Assembly (NCBI GenBank): GCA_963514005.1
Contig: OY740817.1
Coordinates: forward strand, 7,936,001 to 8,000,000
Length of the DNA: 64,000 nucleotides
From: Raja brachyura
Lineage: Eukaryota
Direction: 5' to 3'
Shown piece after piece: positions 1-13,369 of this stretch (the stretch's first letter is position 1; every line of letters begins with the position of its first letter). The notes under the pieces were generated by a model that searched no databases, was not told the origin of the DNA, and was given only the letters and a program-made list of their open reading frames with translations. The translations under genes and the position numbers were made by a program.

Positions 1-414
1 GAAGGGAAATATTTAAGGAGATTTACAAGGCAATACTCTTAAATATGCAGTATAGTTGTTCTGTAACTTACGGTGGAGGTGGTAGCAGATTTGATAGCAA
101 TGTTTCAGAGGCATTTTGGTTGATACATGAACAGGCAGGGATTTGGACCAGAATTAGTTTAGATTGGCATCGCAGACGATGCATTTGTGGTGGGCTGATT
201 TTTACTTTTCTATGTTAAATGTACAGCTTGACATGACTCAGCAACGAACTATGCTGAATGCTAGGCCATTCAGTAACTTTATTTTATTCTTGTCTTTACT
301 GACAGCTATAGGTCCACATCACCGTTGTCAGGGTTCAGCGGGGATGAGGGAAAAGATGATGAAAAATAGCAACCCTGTTATTTTTGCTAGAAATAGTTAG
401 TGCTTAGAATTGTT

Positions 415-540
415 TAAGAAAGAACTGCAGATGCTGGAAAATCGAAGGTAGACAAAAATGTGGAGAAACTCAGCAGGTGAGATAGCATCTATGGAGCGAA
501 GGAATAGGTGACGTTTCGGTTCGAGACTCTTCTTCAGACA
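415..540 (-). mobile_element. Penelope-derived short element with degenerate hammerhead motif
   Basis: gaactgcagatgctgg...ctcagcaggtga...ggtgacgtttcggttcgagactcttcttcagac; same family recurs many times in the window. Confidence 0.7.
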
Positions 541-1069
541 GGGTGTTGTCCAAACATTTTGAAGGTGAGCAAGGCTAGGCATAGAATCCCCCAAGTGGGC
601 TGCACAGAGTTATACAGAAATTAAAATGAGGTTCCTTCAGGTAAAACGCTAAAGTTCCGTGTTTAAAAATCAAGACTTTTCATATAGTACATGGAAATAA
701 CTCGGATACAGCAATATACCAGGATTTCTCCCCTCCTCGTATTGTTAGCGTTCAGCGAGAGCCAAACATGTCATAGTTAAGAGTCAACATTCTTAAAACA
801 TAAAGGAAGGGGGGAATTTGTACGTGCAGAATTTTTTGACGAAACAAAAGTACCTACAGACCTGTGTTAAATGGCCTTGTTGTAAACCAGATACCAATGT
901 GTAGTTCCTGACTGGCTCAAGATAGTTTTGTAACTACAAATATTGTTCATTTGGAAATAAGAAATGTTTAATTGGGCAGCCATAATCATTTACTGCATTA
1001 ACAGAAATGTTTTGATTGAAATATTCATCAGCATAATTGTCTGCTTTCCTTTTTTTCCTATTATTTCAG

Positions 1070-1210
1070 CAGACAGATGAAGCAGCACAGACAGATGGAC
1101 AACAAACACAAAGCACAGAGAGCAGTGAGAGCAAACCCATACCTAAACGGCTTCACGTTTCCAACATTCCCTTTCGATTCCGTGATCCTGACCTCAGGCA
1201 AATGTTTGGG
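1070..1210 (+). CDS. RBFOX2: RBFOX2 coding exon (QTDEAAQ...[22 protein letters not shown]), start of RRM/RNP2; earlier exons lie upstream of the window
   Basis: Polypyrimidine tract + ttcag|CAG acceptor, GGG|gtgagg donor, 141 nt phase 0-0; invariant RBFOX motif [22 protein letters not shown]. Confidence 0.95.
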
Positions 1211-1824
1211 GTGAGGATGAGCTTTTACTGGAACTCTATTCAAAGCTTCATAGAAAAAAAAAAATTATCATTAAGTTAATAATGTTCCATCAGAAAAGGA
1301 ATTTAAGAGCAATGCTTGGTGCAAGAATTTTGGTGAAAGATTTAAAAAATGGGAATTTAAATAATATAAAGAGTTTAGTTCCTTATAACTTAAAGTTCAT
1401 CTCTAGAGCTTGGGATGCAGTCTTCATGGGACAGAGAAATAAGAGGGGAAAAAATGGAAAAATTGAAATTAATTTGGAAGATATCTTTCCAATTCTGTGC
1501 AATTGAAATTCAACAGTGTAAAATAACTGGTTATGTGAACTTTAGCACTATTTCTGACCCTTTGATTTATTCCTATACAATTTACTGTATGTTGATTGCT
1601 GCTAGAGTTATTAAATTAACAAGTGCGGTTCTGAAGCTGTTTAGTGTAACAATACCAAAATGTTAGCCGCACTTAATTTTTTCATCTGCAGCTGTCTTCT
1701 GTCGCAAACTTTGTTGGGTTGTACTCTTCATCTCATGACCTCCCTACAAATACAAATGAAAAGTATAATACATCATTCAATGTCAGTGATTATTCTCCTT
1801 TCTAACCCTATAGCTGAAATCCCT

Positions 1825-2573
1825 CATAGAAACATAGAAAATAGGTGCAGGAGTAGGCTATTCGGCCCTTCGAGCCTGCACCGCCATTCAATATGATCAT
1901 GGCTGATCATCCAACTCAGTATCCTGTACCTACCTTCTCTCCATACCCCCTGATCCCTTTAGCCACAAGGGCCACATCTAACTCCCTCTTAAATATAGCC
2001 AATGAAGTGGCCTCAACTACCTTCTGTGGGAGAGAATTCCAGAGATTCACCTGTGTGAAAAATGTTTTTCTCATCTCGGTCCTAAAAGATTTCCCCCTTA
2101 TCTTTAAACTGTGACCCTTTGTTCTGGACTTCCCCAATATCGGGAACAATCTTCCTGCATCTAGCCTGTCCAACCCCTTAAGAATTTTGTACGTTTCTAG
2201 AAGATCTCCCCTCAATCTTCTAAATTCTAGCAAGTATAAGCTGAGTCTATCCAGTCTTTCTTCATATCCTGAAAGTCCTGACATTCCAGGAATCAGTCTG
2301 GTGAACCTTCTCTGTACTCCCTCTATGGCAAGAATGTCTTTCCTCAGATTTGGAGACCAAAACTGTACGCAATACTCCAGGTGTGGTCTCACCAAGACCC
2401 TGTACAACTGCAGTAGAACCTCCCTGCTCCTATACTCAAATCCTTTTGCTATGAATGCTAACATACCATTTGCTTTCTTCACTGCCTGCTGCACCTGCAT
2501 GCCTAATTTCAATGACTGGTGTACCATGACACCCAGGTCTCGTTGCATCTCCCCTTTTCCTAATCGGCCACCA
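1825..2573 (-). mobile_element. CR1 LINE, 5'-truncated, young
   Basis: ORF 1916-2593 with RPHLEYCVQFWSP and RGDLLETYKIL (CR1 ORF2 C-terminus); catagaaa 3' tail repeats. Confidence 0.92.
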
Positions 2574-4940
2574 ATCATGACTGGGATCATCACCTATGCA
2601 CCACTGATAGTTTTTTGTTTCTTTAAAATTTGATTCTGCCACATTCCTTTTTCCTACTCTTTAAGATTCTGTGGGTGTCAAAAGCTTTCTTATACCCCAT
2701 CCAACTAGGAATAGACACATGAGCCATTGTGTTATTGGTAAGTGAGATGGACAAGGGGAAGAGCACTATATAATCATTTTGGCACAAGAGACCGCTGTTC
2801 AGCCCAGCGTTTTGCTGTCCCTGTGTGGAGCAATTTATTCCAATTCTTTCTCTGCAATTCTTTGAAAGCATGGTTAGTTCTGTTTCCAATATTCTTGCAG
2901 CAGAGAGCTCCAAATTATAATACTCTTAACATATAAGGTTGTTCCTAACCATCTTTCTTAGAGCTTGTAGTACTTAAATATATGCCCTGATGCTTGACCT
3001 ATCCATTAATGGAAACAGGCTTTCTTTATACCCTCTCATGATTAATACAGATCCATGAAAACTCCCTTCTAATTTTGTTGCTCTAATAACAACCCCAGCT
3101 TCTCCAGTGTAAAATACTGGTAATTGGTCAGGCCATGGTGAGAATACTGTATCCAGCTTTGGTCAATACCACCACACAAAGTAACTATCTATTTTGGAGA
3201 AAAAAGGAGGATTCACTGGAATGATTCCACTAGATGTTTAATTTCTGTTTTGAGATGAATGTGAAAAATTGCTGAGCAAAATCATCATGATTTAAATTGT
3301 ATTTGATGCTCAGTTTTACAAACAATGAACTTGAATATCAAAGGATACAGTGAGGCATGTAAGATGGTCTTAAAAATTTGATCTTTCCCTCCAGCAGTTG
3401 AAGTGCATTCGAGTAAGTTTTTATTTGCTATGTTTGAATTTACATTCTGGATTGCCAGTGGCAGCGAGTTGCCCTATTAATCTAACTACTTAGCCTAGCA
3501 GCAGATTCACAGACCCATGAAAAGTTTGCTGCTGGAATAATGGAACCACATTTAGCAGCATGAACCCCATGAACCAGAATGGCAGTCACCAAGAATCTAA
3601 ATCAAAGTGGAGACCATGTAAAACAATAATTTGCATGTATCATGCACTTTCAATGCATGAAAATGTCACAAAACGCTAACAGTCATAATCAGAAATGGGG
3701 AGAAAAAAAAGCCAGGGCAAAGAAAGATGTAGTGAGGATGTAAACCATGCTTAGTGAAGGTTTTTTTTTTAAAAGAGAATCTTAGAAATAAAAATGAACA
3801 ACGGAAAGACAGTTGAAGGAGATCAGAGAGTATGGAATCTTGGTAGCGCAAAACTGTGTTGTCAATGGTGGGAGGAAAAAGTGCGGAGTCTAAGCAGTAA
3901 AGTAGTTGGAAGAACAGCATTCCGTAAGCTGAAGGATGGTTTATAGAGAGAGGATGGACCAAATAAGTGAACAAAAATATTGAAATTATACTTTTGGGAC
4001 CAGATATTCAAGAGTCCATTGTCAGTTAACATATTTTCATGTCAGTTTGTGAGTGATCTTCTGCCAGTTTAGTATAATCCATGTATCAAAATCTGAGCAA
4101 ATCAGTGGCTCATTAACACCATATTATGGGTGACAGAAATAGATTCGAGAAATAAGGTTACGTGAAGTTGTAGAATCGATATTGAGTCCAGAAGGCAGCA
4201 ATGTGTGCAGATGGAAAATGAGCTTGCATGGGGCTCACAATGCCACAAAAGGATGGGGACTGCAAATCAATAGGCCAGAGTGGGAGTGGGATGAGGAGTT
4301 GAAGTGGCAAGCATGATGATGATTTTTGTATCTGATTGATTTTCAGGAATTAAAACCTGTGCCCGATTAAATCAGTTGAATTAAGGGCATGTTACAAAAT
4401 TGTTTGATTCCTAAATCCATAATGGGTTTAGCCTCTGATCTGTGCAGTGGTGAGTGGCTTCTGGTCAAAATAATAAGTTAAACTTGGTACTCTGAGAGGC
4501 GCTGGCACCGGTCACTTTCCAGTAATTCCACTCAAAAGTCTATGTCCGTAAATAAGATGCAGGATCAGGTTTCTCCCTTGGGGTCATATAGCTATGAAAG
4601 CTTGCTGAATAAATCTTTCAAAAAGGCTGAATAGTGAGTCATTAAATATAGTCAAGGCCAAGTTAGACCTATGGATTATAGGTAATTGAAAGTTATGAGC
4701 ATCAGGCAGATAAGCGAACTTTAGGGTAATGATCAGATTTGTTATGATCTTATTGAATGGTAGAGGAGATAAGAGAAGCCATATGGCTACTCCTTTATCT
4801 TTTAAGTTACTTAAAGAAATCTAATATTGACATCTATTCCAGTAGGAGTCAGCATCTTTAAGTCAATGTACAAAGTAGAACTCAGCAGAATTTTGAACTG
4901 ACATTTGTACTAATAAATTCTTATTTTATTTTCTCTGCAG

Positions 4941-4994
4941 CAATTTGGTAAAATCATAGATGTAGAAATTATATTTAATGAGCGTGGCTCAAAG
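4941..4994 (+). CDS. RBFOX2: RBFOX2 54-nt RRM exon (QFGKIIDVEIIFNERGSK)
   Basis: ttctctgcag| acceptor, AAG|gtaagc donor, 18 codons matching the RBFOX RRM. Confidence 0.96.
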
Positions 4995-7900
4995 GTAAGC
5001 ACATGTTTTTTAACGTTTCTTTGGTTATACTAATTACTGTATATAATTGCTAAAGTTGGCTGTTTTAAACTATTTCAAGCTTGTGGCATTTTCCAAAGTT
5101 GATCCTTTTCACTGATCATCTTCATAATAGGATAGATTGTAGTTATCAGCGTCTCCCCGTCCTCGTAATCGTCATTGTGTATAATGGCATTTTATTGTTT
5201 TTAATTATTCCCCTATTTGTCCTTTATTAATTCCCTTTCACTGTGTTCACAATTCAGAATTGTAGTTGTTTATCGAGTCTTTCACCTGGTTTCCTTTACT
5301 AAGTATTTAGTAATATGTGCAGTCAAGGCCCTATTTATTTATTTGCCAATTTGTGATACCAACAATCAACGTGTTGATTCTATCTGTGCGTGGAAACGAC
5401 ATAATTTGGAAAATGATGCTTGGCTGGAATGAGTTTCAGGTCACAAAACTATGCTGATTAAGTAAACATACTTAAAAATAAGTTACTGATTTTTTAAATT
5501 ATCATCCTATTCTGCTGCACCTTCTTTCCCATAAAGTAAAATTTATCATATTCCCCATTGATATTTACTATTGTGGCGTTGAATTCATCTCTCTCCTCAT
5601 TCCTTTTCAGACTGCTAAATGTTTTAATTATATACTATTCTAATGTCAAGTTCCTAGTTTTATTTCAATTCTCCAGTTTATCTGAAGAGAAATTCTCAAG
5701 GTGAACGTTCTTCTTTTGTCCTTTTGAGAACTAGCTGACAGGCTTTTTAATCATAGAGCTGCCATTAAAAGCCTTTTTAACTACAGAGCAGTTTAGAGAT
5801 GCTCAAAAAAGAGAATGGCTCTGTCCTTTAAGGTAACTTAATTATTCTGCATTGTACTTTTTTTTCCATTACAACCCGTTTTAAATTGATAGATGAGCAC
5901 ATGCTCTTGGTTCCTGCAAACCTTGAACATTGCAGCAACACTGGAAATGAGGGTCACTGAGGTGGGCTGCTATTCAGTAAACAACGTTGAAGCTTCATCT
6001 AGTTCTCTATCCCTTGCCATAATTGAACTGACTAGAAAAGGAAAGGTATTAACCTCCAACCTAATAAATGGCTTTGTGAAGACTGCAAATACTGCAGTTT
6101 TCTCACATTTACTTTATGAGCAGAGTGAGAGTGGTGGCAGCAACCCTGCAACAACTGCAGATGCAGCAAATCATATGTCACCTTGTTAACCTTGTATTTC
6201 TATTCATGGATCTTCAGTGGTGTTGAGGGAAATACCATATCAGTAAGCAACGTGATAACTGGCTCAGCATCAAATTCCAAACTTGCCTTTGGTGCTCACA
6301 GCCATCTGAATGTAATATTAAATGGATCTCTAAAGATATAAGCTGTGTTTTTTAATTGGTAAAAGCTTAAAAGCAAAACAATGGTGGTCTTTTGAGCTAG
6401 CCATTAATAGGAAAAGAGTCACGGTGGTATACCACTAGTTAGCAATAGTGTCATATTTGAGGTAATGGGCTTATAGTGTGACAATCCCTGGCTACATCTG
6501 AAAGTATGCATGCCCACTGGGAGAACTAGGAATGCTGTTGACTCGTATGCCATCAGTATGCTTGTATTTGTAAACCAGGCTTAAATTTAAATAATTGTTG
6601 TTGGAAGGAACTGCAGATGTTGGTTTAAACTGAAGATGGACACAAAATGCTGGAGTAACTCAGCAGGACAGGCAGCATCTCTGGAGAGAAAGAATAATGT
6701 GCTGTTAAATGACTAGTGCAGATAAAACAGTACACTAGAAAAGGTAGCAATTTCACTTGGAATAAGGACTGAGTATTAAGGGTATTTAATGTATTTGTAA
6801 TGCTGGAAAATCAGCTTAATGTTTCTTAATGATCTATCACAATCACCATTGCAGTCAAACAAAGATTTGGGATGGAGAGAGATGACCATATGTGATATCA
6901 CTTATGATAATCTGATTTATTAATTATGAAAATGTTATGATTGCAGCATTTCATGGAATGTTTTTAAAGAGAGAATCTTCCATTTCATTGTCCTTTGCAA
7001 GAAGTTTTAAAACAAAATGTAAATACAAATTCACTCAAAAAAAAAGCTGCAGATGCTCACAAAAGAACAAAAAGCTGGAACCACTCAACAGGTCACGCAG
7101 CATCGTTGAATTTTTTTTTTTTAAATCAACATTTCTGGTTGATGAATGTTCATCAGTACAACCTTCTCTCCCCATATATGCTGCGGACCTGCTGTAGAGT
7201 TGTACCGTTTTTAAATTTCTTCTTGCTTTGTTGTTTATTTCAATTCAAATCAATTCAAAGATTTCTGGAGTCCAGTGCTGGATTCCCAATCTGCCTTTTC
7301 CCATCAATCCTACTAGACTGTGCTTGTGGACCATCTAGTAATAGAGTCAAAAGCTGAAGCAAATAGATTCATTTTTCTAACGGTAGATGCCCATTTTTTG
7401 GAGGGCGGGGGGGAAGATCTTGCCTTTTTCTTCTGTGACGTGTTTAGGCTCAGTCTCAGTTATCATAGAGCTGTTACAATCATTGCAGACATTCTGTTGT
7501 TCTACCCAGCCTGAGCCACAACCCTCTGAGCTGTCACAGCTTTAAGTGGGATAGGATGGTTTTGAATGTAGAAAATTACGTGAATTATTCTCTCTCCAAA
7601 CATTCATTTTCCATTCTGATCTCATAATAAATACAATAATCACCTTTGCGTTTAACAATGATTTCAAGTGACTGTACAGGCCATAAAAATGGGATATTGC
7701 CTTTTTTTAAATTACATCGATTTGAAATATATTTTGATGTTTATTTTCAGTATGTGTAGGAAGGAACTGCACGACACAAAAAAGCTGGAGTAACTCAGCG
7801 GGTCAGGCAGCATCTCTGGAGCGAAGGAATTGGTGACGGTTTGTGTCATGGCCCTTCTTCAGACTAATTAGGGAAAAGGGGAACAAGAGATATAGACAAT

Positions 7901-8538
7901 GATGTAGAGAGATAAGAACAATGAATGAAAGATATGCAAATAAGTAACGATGATAAAGGAAACTGGTCATTGTTAGCTGTTGGGTGAAAACGAGAATCTG
8001 GTGCGACTTGGGTGGGGGAGGGAGAGAGGGGGGGGGGGGGGGAATGCCGGGTTATTTTAAGTTAGAGAAATCAATATTCATGCCTATACCTCCTCCCTTG
8101 ACTCTGTCCAGGGACCCTATTTTTCAGGTTAGGCAGAGGTTCACATGCACCTTCTCCAACCTCATCTATTGTGTCCATTGTTCAAGATGTGGACTCTTAC
8201 ACATCAGGGAGACCAAACGTAGACTGGGTGATTGTTTCGCTGAACACTATTGCTCAATCTGCCTGAACCTACCTGATCTCCCGGCTGCTAAACACTTTAA
8301 TTCTCCTTCCCATTCGCACACTGATCTTTCTGTCCTAGGTCCCCTCCATTGTCAGAATGAGGCTAAATGCAAATTGGGGGAACAGCATCTCATATTTCAC
8401 TTGGGCAGCTTACAGCGCAATGGTATGAATGTTGATTTCTCTAACTTCAAGTAACCCCGGCATTCCCTCTATCCATCCCCCATCCAAGTCGCACCAGCTT
8501 CTCATTTTCACCCAACAAACAGCTAACAATGGCCTGTT

Positions 8539-9267
8539 ACATAGAAACATAGAAAATAGGTGCAGGAGGAGGCCATTCGGCCCTTTGAGCCAGCACCACC
8601 ATTCATTGTGATCATGGCTGATCGTCCCCTATCAATAACCCGTGCCTGCCTTCTCCCCATATCCCTTGACTCCACTAGCCCCTAGAGCTCTATCTAACTC
8701 TCTCTTAAATCCATCCAGTGACTTGGCCTCCACTGCCCTCTGTGGCAGGGAATTCAATAAATTCACAACTCTCAGGGTGAAAAAGTTTTTTCTCACCTCA
8801 GTCTTAAATGACCTCCCCTTTATTCTAAGACTGTGGCCCCTGGTTCTGGACTCGCCCAACATTGGGAACATTTTTCCTGCATCGAGCTTGTCCAGTCCTT
8901 TTATTATTTTATATGTTTCTATAAGATACCCCCTCATCCTTCTAAACTCCACTGAGTACAAGCCTAGTGTTTTCATTCTTTCCTCGTGAACCTACGCTGC
9001 ACTGCCTCAATCACAAGGATGGCCTTCCTCAAATTAGGAAACCAAAACTGTGCACAATACTCCAGATGTGGTCGCACCAGAGCCCTATACAACTGCAGAA
9101 GAACCTCTTTACTCCTATACTCCTATCCTCTTGTTATGAAGGCCAACATTCCATTAGCTTTCTTCACTGCCTGCTGTACCTATAAGCCAAGTTTCAGTGA
9201 CCGGTGTACAAGGACGCCCAGGTCTCGCTGCACCTCCCCTTACCTAACCTAACCCCATTGAGATAAT
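8539..9267 (-). mobile_element. CR1 LINE nested in the Penelope-like element
   Basis: ORF 8632-8976 CR1 C-terminus; flanked by CTGTT direct repeat (8534-8538 / 9268-9272). Confidence 0.9.
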
Positions 9268-9368
9268 CTGTTTTCTTTATCATCGTTACTTTTTTGCATA
9301 TCTTTCATTCATGGTTTTTATCTCTCTACATCATCGTCTATATCTCTCCATCCCCTTTTCCCTAACCA

Positions 9369-9400
9369 GTCTGATGAAGGGTCTCGACCCGAAACGTCAC
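9369..9400 (+). ncRNA. Minimal type I hammerhead ribozyme motif (Penelope-associated)
   Basis: CTGATGA-A-GGGTC-tc-GACCC-GAAAC-GTC: intact core, perfect stem II, palindromic ACGT stem III; stem I only ~2 bp. Confidence 0.65.
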
Positions 9401-12400
9401 CCATTTCTTCTCTCCAGAGATGCTGCTTGTCCCGCTGAGTTACACCAGCTTTTTGTGTCTAATATCTTGAAGTTTATTTTCTTTCTGTTTCTGACATTAT
9501 AGTGGGTGGGAGCTATATTTAGCAGCGAAGGAGTTAAATTGTGATTTGATTGGTTATGTTTGTGTTTTTCCAGAAATACAGGGGACCAATTCGCCACACA
9601 GTATTCTGATGTTTTATATGATTAACTGTCTCACTAAAACCACTTCATGCTTAAAAAGGGTTAGGAAAAACAAGTTTTCTTTCATATTCCTTTGATTTCA
9701 TGACTAATGAAGCAACATTTTTAATACCGAGATAATATTTCTGGTGAAGGACTTGGCCAGAATCCTTTCGACCTCACACCTTTTGCTTATATTCGTCAAT
9801 TTCACAGCTGTCTTTGCCTAGTTGCTATCCTTTACAGTGGGTCCTCAGAGTCGGCCACAGGTATCCAGCTTATGGAGCCTCACCATGCATTGGTGTGCTT
9901 GCTGTGTACGGTATCTGGGAGACCACTGCTAACCATGCCCAAACTGCCCGAATTGGGAGAAATCAAACTGAACTGATGATGAGGAGTGGCTTGCAAGAAT
10001 GTCCAGGGATCTTTAGTCAGGGCATAATAATTGATGGAATGGGCACTACGATAACACTTAGCTGTTATCACTCCATTATTTAAAACGTTAGAGATCTGTA
10101 ATTTTATTAGCTGGAAATTAATATTCAGTGTGCTGCTAAATGTATATTTGTTAGCTAACTTATTTAACCCCATGAAGCTGTTGATGAATTGTTCCATGCA
10201 ACTTCCAAAAAAATTTTAATTCCTGTTAGAGCATAGAAAATGAGTATGAGCAAGCTATTCAACATAGATGTTCAAACATCATTGGCATTGATTTTTTTTA
10301 AAACAGTTTGCAAGTGTTTGTGGCATTCATTCATGAAAACTCAAATCACTATTTCCTGATGATTTAATTGCCTTAAAGTCTAAAAAAATCTCATGTTGAT
10401 GCTAGACTGTGCCATGCGAGTTAATTTCGATCAGAGCAGCTGTAAGGGCATAAATATCAGCAGTACTACCCCATTGATAACGGAGTAGAACAATTGCTGC
10501 CCAAAGATCATTGTACAGACATTTGATGAGAATAGGATCAGACTTGCCTATAATGTTTATCGTCACACAACCAACTCATTGCCAGGGCCTATGCACAAAG
10601 ATATGTCACTTTGCCGTCTATTAGAGGACAGCCAGTAGCCAGAAGCATTTTATGTAGAAAATTTAGATCAGGGAAGAAAATATAAATACATTGGAAAATA
10701 GTAAGATGCATCACAATGCTGGTATCTTCCCATGCTCATATATTGAGGCAAATTTTAAAGTTGCCAAGAGGTCAAATGATTTCAGCAGATAGCACAATGT
10801 TTATAATGTGAACAGAGACCTTTGATTAACAGCTCCATTAATTACAAACAAATACTTTTCTCATACTGGGCTATATTTCATATGCTCGTCAGAAAATCAC
10901 GTGATTTTGAGTTAACTTTTTTAAAAATGGAAACAATATGAATGTCAAATGCTGAACTTAACATTTTTTTTTGTTTCATCCAGTTAATCAGGCTTAGAAT
11001 ATGAGCAGGAATGTGAGTTATATTATATAACACATAAACCTACAGTTAACCAAGATCAGACCAGACTGTTTTTTGTTCTTCACTGAAGGGATCTGTCCCA
11101 GTGAGAAGGATAACACGGGGCAGCTTAATTCTGATTTTCATTGGTCCTGATAGTGGTGGTTGGCAGTGTCACCTGTGGGCACGAACAGGGGAACTGATTC
11201 TTGCAAAAAGCTTCACGTCATTCTTAGTTGATGAATAAGGTTTTAGATAAAACTCCTCTAACGCAGCATGAAAACAACTACCCTCGACCAATCACTTCAA
11301 GCATGATTGTTTTTGCTGCTGAAACTGTGTTATTATGTGCACTGTGGTATATTGGGGATATGGTGCATGTATTCTTATGGGTTAAATTGTGTTTTCTGTC
11401 TATGAACACACATAGGAGTATTGCCTTTTTTATTTCTCGTTTTTATATTTGTATCTAGTAACATTTATTTATCATTCTTCTGCAGGGGTTGTTGATCTAC
11501 TTTTTTGACACTGCTCATCTGTTGCTTGTATTTATTGCAGTTCTGAGGCCAGGTTAAAACGGCGAGTTACTTGGGCTATCTCCATCACACTTCCTTTCTA
11601 TAAATATTTACTATTAATTTCTTTAAGCTTTGATAAAATCCTTTATATGGCCCATAACTTTAAATGCAGACCTACCTACATTGAGTTATCATTTTATTTT
11701 CAAGTGCCCTAGACTTCCATACCCACATGTCCAAATTTGGCTGTGAAACTGTGTGTGTGCTCCCTGCCAAATTGAGGATAGATGACTTTAGGAATAGCAA
11801 GAGCAGAATAAGATTGAATTTCTGCCCTCAACACTAAATGTGGATTTGTAAGAGCTGACAAAGCATTTTGTAAGAGTGTTGATTTTTATGGTTGGAGAGA
11901 GGAAATTTTATTGAGTTGACCTTTCATCGTTATGGAACATTATAAGCTACCGTTTAAGAATTTTTGGAACTTGAGAACTTTTGCATTGTTCCTTTGTCTC
12001 TGTTCATCCTCCAATTCTGTAGCTGTCAAATCTTGATAACTGGTTATTCAATGTTACACAAAAATTGGGAAGTTAGATTCATTCAATACCTCGTTCAACC
12101 ACGAGGCTTCACCGTGATTCATGGCCAATGAACTATTTTGGAGTATATTCACTACTGTATGGGACAAACCGTGATGATTGTGTGCTCAATATAGCCCCAT
12201 CAACAGCAAAGACGTCAGTTAATTCCTGTGGCATTGTTGTTTGAGGAATGTGTGTGGACAGGAACATCAGACAAACACTTCAGATCATACCATAAGGAAG
12301 AAAAGAGATCTGTTTAATGTCCCCTTTGAAAACTCTGAGCATGCACAACTGCAAAGTACTGCATTGAAATTGCTCAAATTACATGACCAGGTCTAGGAAT

Positions 12401-13369
12401 AGATTTGGATTTTCAGACCTCCTGACTCGGGCAATGATCCAATTGTTGAGGCACTCTCAGGTTTAATACAAAATACATGTTGCAACTTTATCATCACAAT
12501 ATTTTCCAAAATATTTGTCCGTTGTTGATCGCACTTTAGGAGGAAGCTGGCATCACTGTTGCAAAAGATTTTAGTGCTTTTTTGTGAAGAAACTTGGCCA
12601 GCTAGAGCAATTTAAGGAAGGAAAAATAAAATGGAAAAATCAATCATTTGATGTGAATTGAAAGATCAGTGCATTTGTTCAGGATTGGAATAGAAAGAAA
12701 TTGCAGAGGAGGGAAATAATTTTAAGGAATGGATGATGGTTTTGATTGATGGGGAGTCAATAAAGACAAAAATGGTAAAAGTGATTTGTGATAATGTTAG
12801 AAATCTTTAATTACAATTTAAATGATTAATATGTTCCCATTTGCCATTAATTTTAGATATTGCCAAATCTTGACCTGTTTTCCTCCGATCATTCCCACCT
12901 TTTTTGTTGAAACGTTTATCACAATTCTCATATTATAGTGTCTGCACTTAACAGGGAATAATTTTCAAAATTGCTGAAATTTAATGTAATATAAAAAATA
13001 CTGCAGGAAGAAAGTTGTTTAGCAAAGTAATCACTCATTCACATATACTTCACAGTAGGATTTTTGATTATTGCAGCAGTTCCCTTACTCCACAGCCGAT
13101 ATAAAATGAAATGAGACTAATTAGGCCATGGTAACAGTAAGATAAAAATAGATTTAGTAATGCATAATGCTTTTGAATGGTCAGATCCGATATACAAATA
13201 ACTATTTACCAAACACTTTGAGAATTGAGCATCATATTTAAATTGGCTTTTAAATTTTAAATACTCCATGAATACTGCTGAGTGATAGCACACCACTATT
13301 GATCTGGAAATAAAACCCAAGATCGTCACTAAAAATATATCAAATATACAAGAAGGTGGTGGTGTTGGG

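Larger units (their letters stand above)
7757..9460 (+). mobile_element. Penelope-like element fragment (GIY-YIG endonuclease end) with inverted pLTR, interrupted by a CR1
   Basis: ORF 7984-8454: FTCTFSNLIYCVHCSRCGLLHIRETKRRLGDCFAEH...GMN; 7783-8083 is the reverse complement of 8423-8538 plus 9268-9459. Confidence 0.85.

Noticed and set aside
11460-11560. Two good-looking acceptors (ttctgcag, tattgcag) with TGCATG at 11364
   Set aside because: No convincing donor or frame-preserving exon found
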